The translations under genes were made by a program, and so were the position numbers. Shown here piece after piece: positions 1-10,903 of a stretch of DNA of 64,000 bases. The notes below the pieces were generated by a model, which saw nothing but the letters and a program-made list of their open reading frames with translations, made no database searches and was not told the origin of the DNA. The stretch spans positions 647,167-711,166 of the forward strand of contig JAQGDQ010002370.1 in assembly GCA_030141605.1 (NCBI GenBank), given 5' to 3'. The first letter of the stretch is position 1; every line of letters begins with the position of its first letter. This DNA comes from Tubiluchus corallicola (Eukaryota; Animalia; Priapulida).

Positions 1-578
1 TACATTTATGCGAATTTTACGAATAGGGTCTGTCCATGAAGCAGGAATTCCACTAGACTAACGTCCGAGCACTCACATTGGATTCCCCGGCAATGGGATG
101 CAACTAAAATTCCGTTCATAATTGAGGCAAGTATACAGGCAAGTAAGAAAGCAGGCAACTTCTAAATTAAAATTAACCTTAATTTTATAAAACAAAAAGC
201 GGTTTCAAATTTTTAAAACATTATCTTAAGGTTATCGTAACGATATGCGCATTTCCGCACAAAAAATCAACACATGATAATAAAAGCGAAGTCGTGTTGC
301 TTGCAGCAACACACATGCACACACCCTACCGTTACTTCATAAATCAACATTCAAACTGGAAATTACTATAATTAATCGCGTTTGATCCATTCTAAGATGG
401 CAACAAAGATGCTTAATCAAACGAGTAAAGTTAAGAAAACTTCGACGACCTTCACATCACAGATGAACTATGTAACGTAATTTTTTGTAATTAACCGTGG
501 TCCGGTTTTCTCGTGACTGACTGTCATATTTGAAAAATAAAGTCTGTTTGTAAAGCCGAGTGAATCCAAGAGAAAACT

Positions 579-587
579 TATATATAA
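579..587 (+). promoter_or_regulatory. TATA box of paralogue A
   Basis: TATATATAA ~94 nt upstream of ATG 673; paralogues B and C have TATA-like motifs at similar distances. Confidence 0.5.
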
Positions 588-672
588 GCAACATTGTACA
601 AGAACAAGCAGCCATAATTAATCAATCTATAACCAAACTTGGTCTTGTTTTCTTATTGCTCGACAGTACAAG

Positions 673-3107
673 ATGAAGGTATTCGTATTTTTCCTCTGCA
701 TTACAGTAAGTAGACATATAAATTACAATAGTATAGTAACTAGTTATTTTCGTATATTGTAAAAAAGTTCGTAAGTATTAACATTACAGTTGGTTAGAGC
801 ACAGCGCACATATGGGGTTCGGTATTTCTTGTGTGAAAATGGTTTTATTTTAAATTGACCAATTGAGTAAATGCATTTAATCATTGCTTTTCCAATATAT
901 ACTACTTTATTGTGCCTAATGCAATTTAAGGTCAGGGAAATAACTGCAAGACAAAAGTTGAGCGACACCAAGCATTGTCAGAAAAAGTGACCTCCAGGAG
1001 TACTTCGCGGGGCTGGGGTTCGCTGCTATTTACGTATTTCAGGAAGAGTGTATGTTTGCATCCAGACATGGCTAAGACACCTCTGTCGGTTCCGTCTCTC
1101 ATGTTAGACGTGATAATGAGCTGGGTTCCAGTCACACCACAACCTCGTTCATTAAATAGGCATCCTGTCACTGAGTGCTGAATTACACAAAAAGTTATTT
1201 TTATGTCTTATACGTTTATTGTTTACACAATAATATGGAAAAAATACAGACTGATTTCATGATTTGTAATAAGTAAATATGCGACAAATTTTTACACAGT
1301 TGTTTTTCTTTTCTCACTGAAATTATAATTCGTTGATGAGAGTCGTTTGTTGCCTGTTTGTTCTTTCTATTTTTCACGTGTTTTACAACACCTAGAAAAA
1401 ACTGTGTGCAATTAATCAAACAATTATGCAAACTGCAAGCTCTGTTAAACTCTGCTGTTTCGGACTTCAGGTCACCTTTGCTTATTCCTATGGCGGGCGA
1501 CGAAATAGCCACGACGACAAAGGCGTTTACGCTTGGAATACGTCGACGTCAAGCAATGGGGTCACTCATTTGAAACAGTTCCAGGTATCACCCAGCCAGA
1601 AGTCCAGTAGTACACCATATAAGACATTTGGAAGCCGTGGGCAGCAGCAAAAATCAAATGCTTTTGATGATAACGGGCTGCCCACTAGAGTCCTGGAGCA
1701 TCCCACTGCGCAGTTCCGGTCAGACATCATCCAAGGACAGCTTGCGGATGACGACGAATCATTTAACCTTTATAAAAGAAAACTGTATTACGATATTCCC
1801 AAGGATGAGAAATTCGGATCAAAAGAAGCAGCCATGGCTTACCTGAATGCTGACAAGGACATTCGACAAGATGTCTACCTACGCAAAGCAAGACTGGACA
1901 AATATCAAGGTCCCTTGTGGCGTCATTACCAGAGAAGCGACCTCTATGAGAACAATCCAGAAAGTCGATATTATGGGAATGCCGAGATTGGTAACCATAT
2001 CACTGACTTATCCGGTAGTGGAACGGGAAAGTAAGTACTGTGTTTACTATTTACAATGGGTTGTCATTCTTTAGGGAAGAAATTTGTAATTGTAATGTTT
2101 TGGCGATTTTGTTCACAATCCACTACAGGGAGCAGTTTGCGAATGCATTGTGTCTTTCTGGAAAGCTTACAGTGACTCCAATAATCTCTAAACTAATACG
2201 TCCTTTTACTGTTAAGAATGTATGCTGGGCATAAAGTTTATATGCTTGACGAACCGATTTAAATGAGCATTGCACTTTGTAGTAAAAACAAATGTATCAA
2301 ACATTACATAAACACTTCTTATATTCTGTTTGAAGCTCGTTAACTATATTTTTTATGGTTTAAGCACGGTAACACATCAACTGAGTGTATTCGTTCACCA
2401 CGTAAGTCACCATTTCGTATTTATTTACTGACTGTCAGTTGATTAACTATCAGCTTCACGGCCGCTAAGCTGCTGTTTTGCTGAAACGTTAATTACATTA
2501 CTTTAGCGGCTAAACAACAGGTAGTCATTTTATTGGCCCTGGCTCATCAGTTACTTTGACTAATTACCAACAATCAAACCGTACTCAATGATAACAATTT
2601 TATTGGGTATGCTAATAATTATGTTGAGTAACTTGATCCATTGCCAAGTAGAAGCAGAGATATAGATGCTGGTACTATTTAGTCAAGCGTATTCAGCATG
2701 ATTTGCACTTCATTTTCTTTGTTTGTTGGTTTATCTGTTTGCATTTGTTTGTTCATCCTTCGTGTGCTGCTTACAACTTTAGTGCTTTGCTAACTTATGT
2801 TACATGTTTTACCTTTATTTTCAGTTACCGTAGGCAGTTGAGTTTTCAAAACGGAGAAGAAAATGGAAGCTACGTGAGAGCGATTGATTACAGAAGCAGA
2901 CCAGAGTTTGATGACAAAGATGACGGGGAGATCCTTCCGGATCGCAGCTTTTTCACTAATTACGGCCGTTTTGGTTCAGCGCGTGGAACAAAAACGCATT
3001 CCAGTCAGGCAAAAAAGATAACTTTTGGACTTCCCCATTATGGATCTCTTTCTGATGTGCGTCCAACTGCGAAACGATATACGAAAACTTATTCTAGAAG
3101 ATATTAA
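673..3107 (+). CDS. Secreted protein, unknown family, paralogue A (3 exons, ~291 aa)
   Basis: Exons 673-705 (MKVFVFFLCIT|gtaagt), 1471-2030 (ttcag|VTFAYSYGGRR...SGSGTG AA|gtaagt), 2825-3107 (ttttcag|T YRRQLSF...YSRRY*). Intron phases 0 and 2; total 876 nt in frame. Hydrophobic signal peptide. Clearly similar to the gene at 3741-5211. Confidence 0.85.
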
Positions 3108-3740
3108 CATGTTTCTTAATTCTCGTTATACTACAAAAACATTTCTTAAAGCGACAGTCACTTGTGCTAGACTGCTAGTACAGATAGAAGTATATGTATC
3201 ATTATTAATATTTTTAGTATAGTTGTTTGTAGCATAGTGAACTTGACGCATTCACTCTAAATTGTGTTGTGGTGTAATGACGTATTGCAAAAAATTTTGA
3301 ATTTTTTTAAAAAAAGCTCCGTGCGTTGCATAAGAAGCTATGGTGCTACAGTAATAGAGTGTACAAAAAACAATATTTATAAGCATAAGTGGTACTTAGA
3401 TTTATTGATTTTACCTGGTTAAGTAAATTACTCTTATTTATAAACTTATATAATATTACATAATAAAGTGAGCATAGTTTTCACTGATATTTGCTGAATG
3501 TAAATTGGCAATTGAGTTTGCTAACATTTTTAAAACAAGAATTTTAACTAAAACATTCTCTGAAAACTCTAATAACACACAAGGCTTAACGGTAAGCAAA
3601 TTACCATACAAATTATTCTTCATACTGTAAAAAACGAATTACTAATAAAAATGTGGAACTATATGAATTTTTCCTGAGAATAGAAAAGTGCTGAACAATA
3701 AAATACGTGCCCTGGTTTGTCTTTCATAATCACACAGCAT

Positions 3741-5211
3741 TTAAATAATATTAGGCGAGCCCAACCGTCTCTCTAATGCCCCAACTCTCTTCAAGTTGCC
3801 AAGATTGGGGATGCCAAATCTGTTAGAGTTGGCAGCAATTTCGGCGGCTTCCGCTTGTTCCTCCTCAGTTGGGAAGCGTCCTCTATTTGTGAAGAACAAC
3901 CGACCAGGAAGGGAAGAGCCATCGTCGTTCTCGTCGAAGCCAGGTCTGTATCTGTAGTCGAGAACTCTGTTGTATTTGCCCGATTCTGGTCCAAGAATAT
4001 AACCAAGGTTTCTGCGGTAGCTGAAAAACATCAGTAATGTAATTTTCTTGTCAAACTATCTACTTTATTTTAGCCGTTTTCTTACATTTCAGTCAAAATG
4101 TCTGAGTTTCACTGTGTTACTTTTTTTACTAACAATTATTTATCCTCAAGTTAGTCGTTTTGCCCCCTGCTGAAGATGCTCTTTGGGTTTAGGTTTAGAC
4201 CTTCAAATTCGTATTGAAAGTGCAATACTTTACAAGCCTACAGAAGGGCTTAGGACATGGAGCTTTCAGTCGGTCCGGCCAACCTGTTTCGCAATACGGT
4301 AATAAATCAACCAAATAAAAAAGTCTATCACTCGATCAATCAATAATTCATTCAATCAACCAATCAGTCAGTCAAAGAAACTGGCTAATCGTCTTATACC
4401 TTCCTACTCCGTGTCCCGTTAAAGCTGTCATGTGTTCTCCTTTCTCCTGATCGCTGAAAAACTGCTGTGCTGGTTTGTTTTCGAATTGTTCCCTCCTTTC
4501 AAACTGTCTCAGATTTGGACCATTGTAATCATCCAGTCTAGCACGGCGGAGATACGTATTGTGGCTAATTTCATCATCAATGTCCTTGTAAGTTGTAGCC
4601 CTCTCCTTGGACTTGAAGCGCTGGTCTTTGGGAATATCATAGTACAGGTTTCGATCAAAAAGGCTGAAGCGTTCGTCTTCGTCGGCAAGTTTTGCTCGTA
4701 CAGTGTCGGACGCATACTCGGCGTCCGGATGTTTTAGAACTCTTTCCGGTAAACCATTGCCCCGCATTTCCGTGTAGTATGATGGGGGCATGTACATAGC
4801 AGACGTGCTTATCTGCAAATACATTTTCCTTTTAGTAGTATAAATAAACTTCGAAATGAGTAAGTAACAGCTAATTAACACACAAGCAAAAATGGTTCAG
4901 GCATTTCAGCATTACGATTTTATCACGGGATTACACGTCAATTGTAAACCGCAATGATGCATTGAATTGCGTTATTTTCATGTAGCAAATACCATGTTTT
5001 ACAGATTTATTTCTGGTCACGATGTTAACTTTTTCAAAACATTTTCAAACCACTGTCAAACATTTTAATAAAATGAAATAAAGTTATAAGTAATTGGCAG
5101 CTAAATTTGTAATATTAAAAGTAACCTAAAATTTAGCTGAACTGGAATAAAAATTGACATAGAAATTTCACTTACCCATAGAAATGCAAAAAGTCCAACA
5201 AAAGCAAGCAT
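3741..5211 (-). CDS. Secreted protein, unknown family, paralogue B (3 exons, ~242 aa)
   Basis: Exons 5211-5176 (MLAFVGLFAFLW|gtaagt), 4812-4400 (ttgcag|ISTSAMY...GHGVG AG|gtataa), 4020-3741 (tttcag|C YRRNLGY...SPNII*). Same intron positions and phases (0, 2) as paralogue A. Shared motifs NGLPxRVLxHP, LYYDIPKD, YLRxARLD, DYRxRPxFD, LPxRxFFTNxGRF, FG[LI]P. Confidence 0.85.
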
Positions 5212-6399
5212 GATTCCTGTCTTTTTTCTAACTTTGTTCTAACTCAACGTTGTTACCGCTGTCACCTCAGCTAACTGTGATACTGCAGTGATCGGATTTC
5301 ACTTTTATTCTATTTCTCCAAGGCTTGACCTAATTAGTAGTTTTCTATTTGGCATCACGGATGACATCAGATCAACCTGATAAAGTTTGTGGGATGAACT
5401 GAAACAGGGCGATCAAGGTGAACCAGCGTCAGAACCTGGTAATTTCGGGATTCAATTGCAGGAATGACAAACAGGGTATCACTGTTTTCAAACCCGAAAC
5501 TAGCGCGTAATTACAGCTCACTCGTTGGCTGTAATTTTGATCAAATGACAATACATTAATTTGGTGAATTACTTGATGCTGAGGAGCGTTGATTAGGGGG
5601 TCAAAGACCATGGTTTGACCTTTCAGTAAGGCTAAAGGGAAAAGAACTACCCAGCTTACAACTGAGGCCGGTACGAGTTTGGATCGGCATACTGCCCAAC
5701 AGAAAATAAAACGCAGTAACTACAATTTTAACAGCATTGAGATTTTGATGCATTCTTACCAACAGATGGTGATCTAACTTCCTTTATAATGAAATTTCAT
5801 ACTTAGGCACTTGCTGTACAGAATATAAAAACAGTAAATTTTCGCCTTTGTTGCAGACTAAATAGCATTATCATCGTACACATTTATCTTCCACTCAATC
5901 ATAAACTTAAAAGAAGCTGTACTGCTAGTTGGCTATCTAGGAAAATTAAAGATCATTATCTACCAAGGCAGTAGGTTGTATTGAATCTATTTAATATTAC
6001 TTAGCAGTTAATTATATGCTCATGTTGTGTAGAAAATTTTATCTTCATTAGTACTTTCAAACGTCATGCAAAAATTTATTTGCATTTTTTTCAAAAGCAA
6101 AATTTTGTACTTCCTGCCCTTTATGCACGGCAGCATAGATTTTCTTATTACTCTTTTTAGTAATACTGCTTTTCAGATCGCTTTTAAAAATTTTCTTGTT
6201 AATAAAATTTGTTGCATGTATTGCGTTTTCTGCGTTGCCACACTGTAGCAAACTAGACTTTTGTCTATTTACCAGTGATGCCAATAGGTACTTTATTTAA
6301 AGCCATAATTATGTAGTCAGTAGATCAATAATTTTTTCATATAGAGAAACGTCAAGTTTGGTTCATATATCAGGTCCATACCAAGCAGTCGGAAATGAG

Positions 6400-7220
6400 T
6401 TACTAAGCTAACGTGTGCTAGGGCACTCCATGACAGGTTACCAAATCGTAAATCCTGTAAACGCCTACGAGGTAAAATGGTGATGATTTGGCTGGTTCAA
6501 TTCAGGACTTGCTGGAGGAATTCACCCAACTTCGTCAGTCATCAGTCTCGCTATAAAGTTCTGTGTAAAGGTGATCTCAACAAGCTCTTTAATTATGTTC
6601 GAAAGAAACGATGTCGTGCTAATGGGTATCCCCTTTAGAAGACGATACGGCTCTGTTATTACAGATGGCTAAAGCTAAGCCTAAACCCAATCTTTTGACA
6701 AATGCTTTGAATCCCATTTTGTTAAGGATAAAGGAGTGCTATTGTGGAAAGTAAGGTGCCGGTGCATGCATAGTTGACAGTTGTTGATTTCTTGTCAGCT
6801 GCAATTAAAAATGATAAGTGAACTGAAACCAGTGAACTGATGTAAAGAAAAAACTGAATCCGGACGGCATACCGGTGGCATTAAAAAACATGGCGAATAA
6901 TGTATGTGTTCCATTGTTACTTATATTTCAAAAGTCATTTATAGATGGCGTAATACTTGATGTTTGGAAACTGGCTGAAGATATACCTATTTACACAAAG
7001 GGAGATTGGCCAGTATAATACAGGCAAGTATCACTCACGTGTATAAGCCGTAAATTAATGGACATGTATATTGTTGATAGTGCGCTACACCTTTAAAAAA
7101 ACAAAAGATTTATTGTTAAAAGAGCAACATGGCTTTTATCAAAACGATCTCCTACAACTCAATTTCTTGAATGTTTATATGACGTTGGGATTATAATATT
7201 TGACGTCCACAAAACACTAA
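6400..7220 (+). mobile_element. Decayed CR1/L2-type LINE reverse transcriptase fragment
   Basis: Interrupted frames at ~6860-7190 read PDGIPVALK..NNVCVPLLLIFQKSFIDG..WKLA..IPIYTKGD..YRQVSLTCI..QHGF..TTQFLECL, the conserved start of a non-LTR RT. Many stops and frameshifts; boundaries approximate. Confidence 0.7.
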
Positions 7221-8599
7221 ATAGTTCTCTTTTTTGCAGTAATAGCATATGAGTTTTACTGTAACATTCATAATTATGGCATTTTGGAAATTAAAATGAA
7301 CATTTAAATAAGCATGACTTTTCAGAAATTCTTTAAAGGCCTTATCCTAGTGTTGGATTCGGCTTGTAGAATCTCGGACGGTACCAGCAGTGGGTGCGAA
7401 AAATGGTAGGACTTTATAAACGCATTATTCAATCTTAGTTTAACAATTTGCAACAAATGCTTAACAAGAAATTGTATAATAATACTAGTACGATAATGGT
7501 CATTAACATTTCATACATTTACAAAACAGGGTGTTCAGAAGAAGTTATCAGACGCTTTATATTTTCTTTTCTCTATTCTTTCAACAAAAAAATGTTTGAA
7601 AATAGGCACAGATAAACTTTTTGCCAATTCTTTCAATTGAATTAGACGTGAATCCGAAACGGACTACTACACTAATTGCGTTTGCCATTTTCGCTACTTT
7701 CGTCAAAGCATTTCTGCCGATGACTAACACATGAGTTTCGAACATCAGCAAGTACTACCATTCAAATGTTTGTACTATGACTTCTAATTGTTGTTTCGGG
7801 TTCACGAAGATGCGTTATTTTTGCCTGTTGTAGCCCTGTAAAAATTTTGCATTGTTAAATCCATCAAATCTGTAATGAGTCGAAAGAGCCTCGGAGACGG
7901 AGCCAGTGTCGGTACCTTACATTGAGAAAGCCTCTCCCACCCCATGAGTAGCGAATAAGGGCTGCTGAAAAATTACATTGCTAATAATGAAAAAAATACT
8001 GGTCCATATGCTACTTGAATTACCACTAAACTTCAGATGGTCATCGAAGGAGCTCTTGGCGGATGAGATTTTGCGCTTTACTTTCTAAGGTTACTGTCGT
8101 CAAACAGCAACGGCGGTTCTTGTCAAAGATAAATAAAATAATTGTCAAAGGACCTTTTTGATACATGTAAGGACTTGCTGAGATTGGAGAAAAATTAAAA
8201 AGAAGATTAGAAACCAAAGTGCATAGTGATCTTTGAGACACCCCATAAATAGTTTGTATGGTGGCATTACAAAAACGAAGCTAGAGAAACATGCAAGTCA
8301 TTAAATTTGTCTTGAATAGTTTTATAGGTTTATAGCAATTCAAGAACTCGTTATCAATCGTGTTTAATTGTAACAAATGCTAGGAAACGGGCACGAGAAA
8401 ACACGGGCGAAAATTTATTTTCGGTGAGGAAAAGCTTTTTCTTCTGCTGAACAATACGTCAAGTGTAATGATAACTTTCAAAAATATGCAGATTACAGCT
8501 GCATATACTAAACAATATAATCACAAGGAAAAGCGTATCTGCGGGACCTGACGCAGGTTTATATTACATCTCGCGTACAAACCATTTGAGTACTGGAAT

Positions 8600-10330
8600 C
8601 CATTGATAGTCTATTGGTGATAGCTGAAATCACGCTTTCAGAACATTAGTAAACTTCACAATAATGTTCTTTACACCATGCTGAATAAAAATCAGCCTCT
8701 CTTTCATAATTTTTTGTCATGGACATCACGTAATTTGTCACTCTTAGCTTTTGAAATTGGAGCCGTCTGTAAACGGCGTCCCCAAAGTACCTTTAATTCC
8801 ATTTAAATAACATTTTGAGGGGCGCCCCTAAAATAGCTCCCATATAAATTTATACGACACTTCAGACAACCAGTGAAGGCTAAATTTATAATTTATTTTC
8901 AAATTGGTGCATTTTTTAAAGGTTAAGTATTGCCCTTAATTAAGATACCCAAAAATCAATTTAAATCATATTCTGAGGCAATCAATGAAACTTTAGGAAA
9001 ATGTGTTCTTTACACCTTATTGGATAAAGATTAGTAGTTCTAATAATGAATTTGATGCCCTTAAAGTAAATAAAAATTTTTTAACCTAAATGTACCGTAA
9101 CAGATGACATTTTTAAATATATAGTTACGATTATTCATAGACTACAAGATTTTTCCAGTTGCCTCCTGTGCAGCTGTATGAATAAATCACCCATGTTTAA
9201 CTTTTCAAGAATTTCCGTATCTGGCACTTAGTCCCACAGATAGAGATGATATTATAGTATTGTCAAGATAGCAGAAATTATCAACAATGGGTATATCTAC
9301 TACATTAACCTGGAAAATACTTTGAGTAGGTGAGTCTGAGTGACACATTGTTAACTGTTTGCTTAGAATCAACAGTGATATCAAATTCTTTTGCTGTCAA
9401 AGCGAAAAGCAGTCGAGTAGGTTTTGAAAAGCTCTCTGTGTATTAGCAACGATGACAGTACCATCAGTTCTCTAATTGCTGTTGATTGTGAATTTTGTAA
9501 ACGCCCGCAATCTGGATAAATTGAAAAGTTGACCATCTGGATGTCCTTTTTACACAGTAAGGTGCAAAGAAAACTTTTGCAAAATTTGACAGATATTCTG
9601 AAAGACTGATTTAAATTGATATTGAGACTTTTTAGGGGCGCCCTCTACAAAAAAGCATAATTTGAAGACTTACGAATTAATTATAAATACATATATGTAA
9701 TGTTTATTGTTTATGCGCCATTGATGTTTATTCAGTAAGGAGTGAAGAACATTTTTGCAAAGTTTCATTGATGAGCTCAAAATGTAATTTACATTGAATT
9801 GGGGGGTACTTTTAGGGGCGCCCTTTACAAACGGCTCTGATTTAAAAACTTAAGAATAACTGATGAGTGATTTTCATGATCAAATTCGTTATTTAAGAGC
9901 CACTGATCTTTATTCATAAGAAGTAAAAAATGTTTTCGCAAAGTTTCATTGATATGCTAAAATGTGATTTAAATTGATTAATGGGGTGGAATTTTTTAGG
10001 AGTGCCTTCCACAAATGGCTTTCTCCAATTTAAAAAGCTTATGACTGATTTCCTTTACAAAATTCATTATTTAGGAGCCATTGATGAGCTCAAAATGTTA
10101 TTTACATTGATTTGGGGGTACTTTTAGGGGCGCCCTTTACAAACAGCTCTAATTCAAAAACTTAAGAATTACAAATACGTTATCTCCATGATTAAATTTA
10201 TTATTCAAGAGCCATTGATCTTTATTCAGTAAGGACTAAAGATCCTCCAGTAAGGTAGATCAAAGTTTCTTTTGGGGACGCCTCTACAAACGCCTCCAAT
10301 TAAAAAACTTAAGAGTGACAAACAAGTGAT
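8600..10330. repeat. Degenerate ~130-185 bp unit array, direct copies on the right and inverted copies on the left (foldback/MITE-like)
   Basis: Core TTTAGGGGCGCCC..ACAAA recurs at ~9631, 9811, 9995, 10123 and 10271. Reverse-complement copies at ~8690-8835 and ~8945-9065 (e.g. 8735-8790 is the inverse of 10270-10325). Confidence 0.6.
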
Positions 10331-10903
10331 CTCCATTAGGCTGTCAGTGGATATGCATTTCTCAAGTAGATTTTTGCAGTGCTAAAAAGTAAAAGAAAAA
10401 TGATAGCGAAAATAAAAAAATCGTAAATTAGAAAAATCATTAGATAGAAAAGTCAAAATAATAAGGACGACGTTAGCAAGGCAAGGTAGTCCTGGCAAAG
10501 ACAATAACAAAAAGATAAGAGACAGCAGATCAGATAATAAAGACAAAATATAAAAAAGTGAATTGCAACAAGACAACGGTTTTTAGTCAGCATATTAGTT
10601 TATTTGTTCAAAACACAATGTCATCAAACTGGTAAACATAGAATAGAAGGACATTGAGTTCTTTAGGTTATTGTTTAAAGCAAATTTATTTCTTGATTTT
10701 TGCTTGGTTTATGTAAGACGTATGTCAGTTACAATAAAAATTAATATTATTGTGAAAAGTAATTTAACATTTTTCGTCAGTCTAACATCAGTCTAGAAGC
10801 TCGTTTTGCAGTGCAGCTCGACATGTCTGCGAATTGATACAAAATCATATATAACATGATTTATTTTTAAAATTTCATAATTAATTTTATAATAATGTTC
10901 ATA

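Noticed and set aside
296-310. GTTGC-N5-GCAAC palindrome resembling an X-box
   Set aside because: Spacer is too long for a canonical RFX site and there is no adjacent ciliary gene.
1426-2034. ORF-track starts for this and other exon-containing ORFs (2703, 4881, 15703, 34090, 37560)
   Set aside because: Their N-termini are intronic read-through; splice acceptors define the real exon starts.
9620-10330. Regularly spaced repeats as a possible CRISPR array
   Set aside because: Eukaryotic context, whole units are homologous (no unique spacers), and there are no cas genes.
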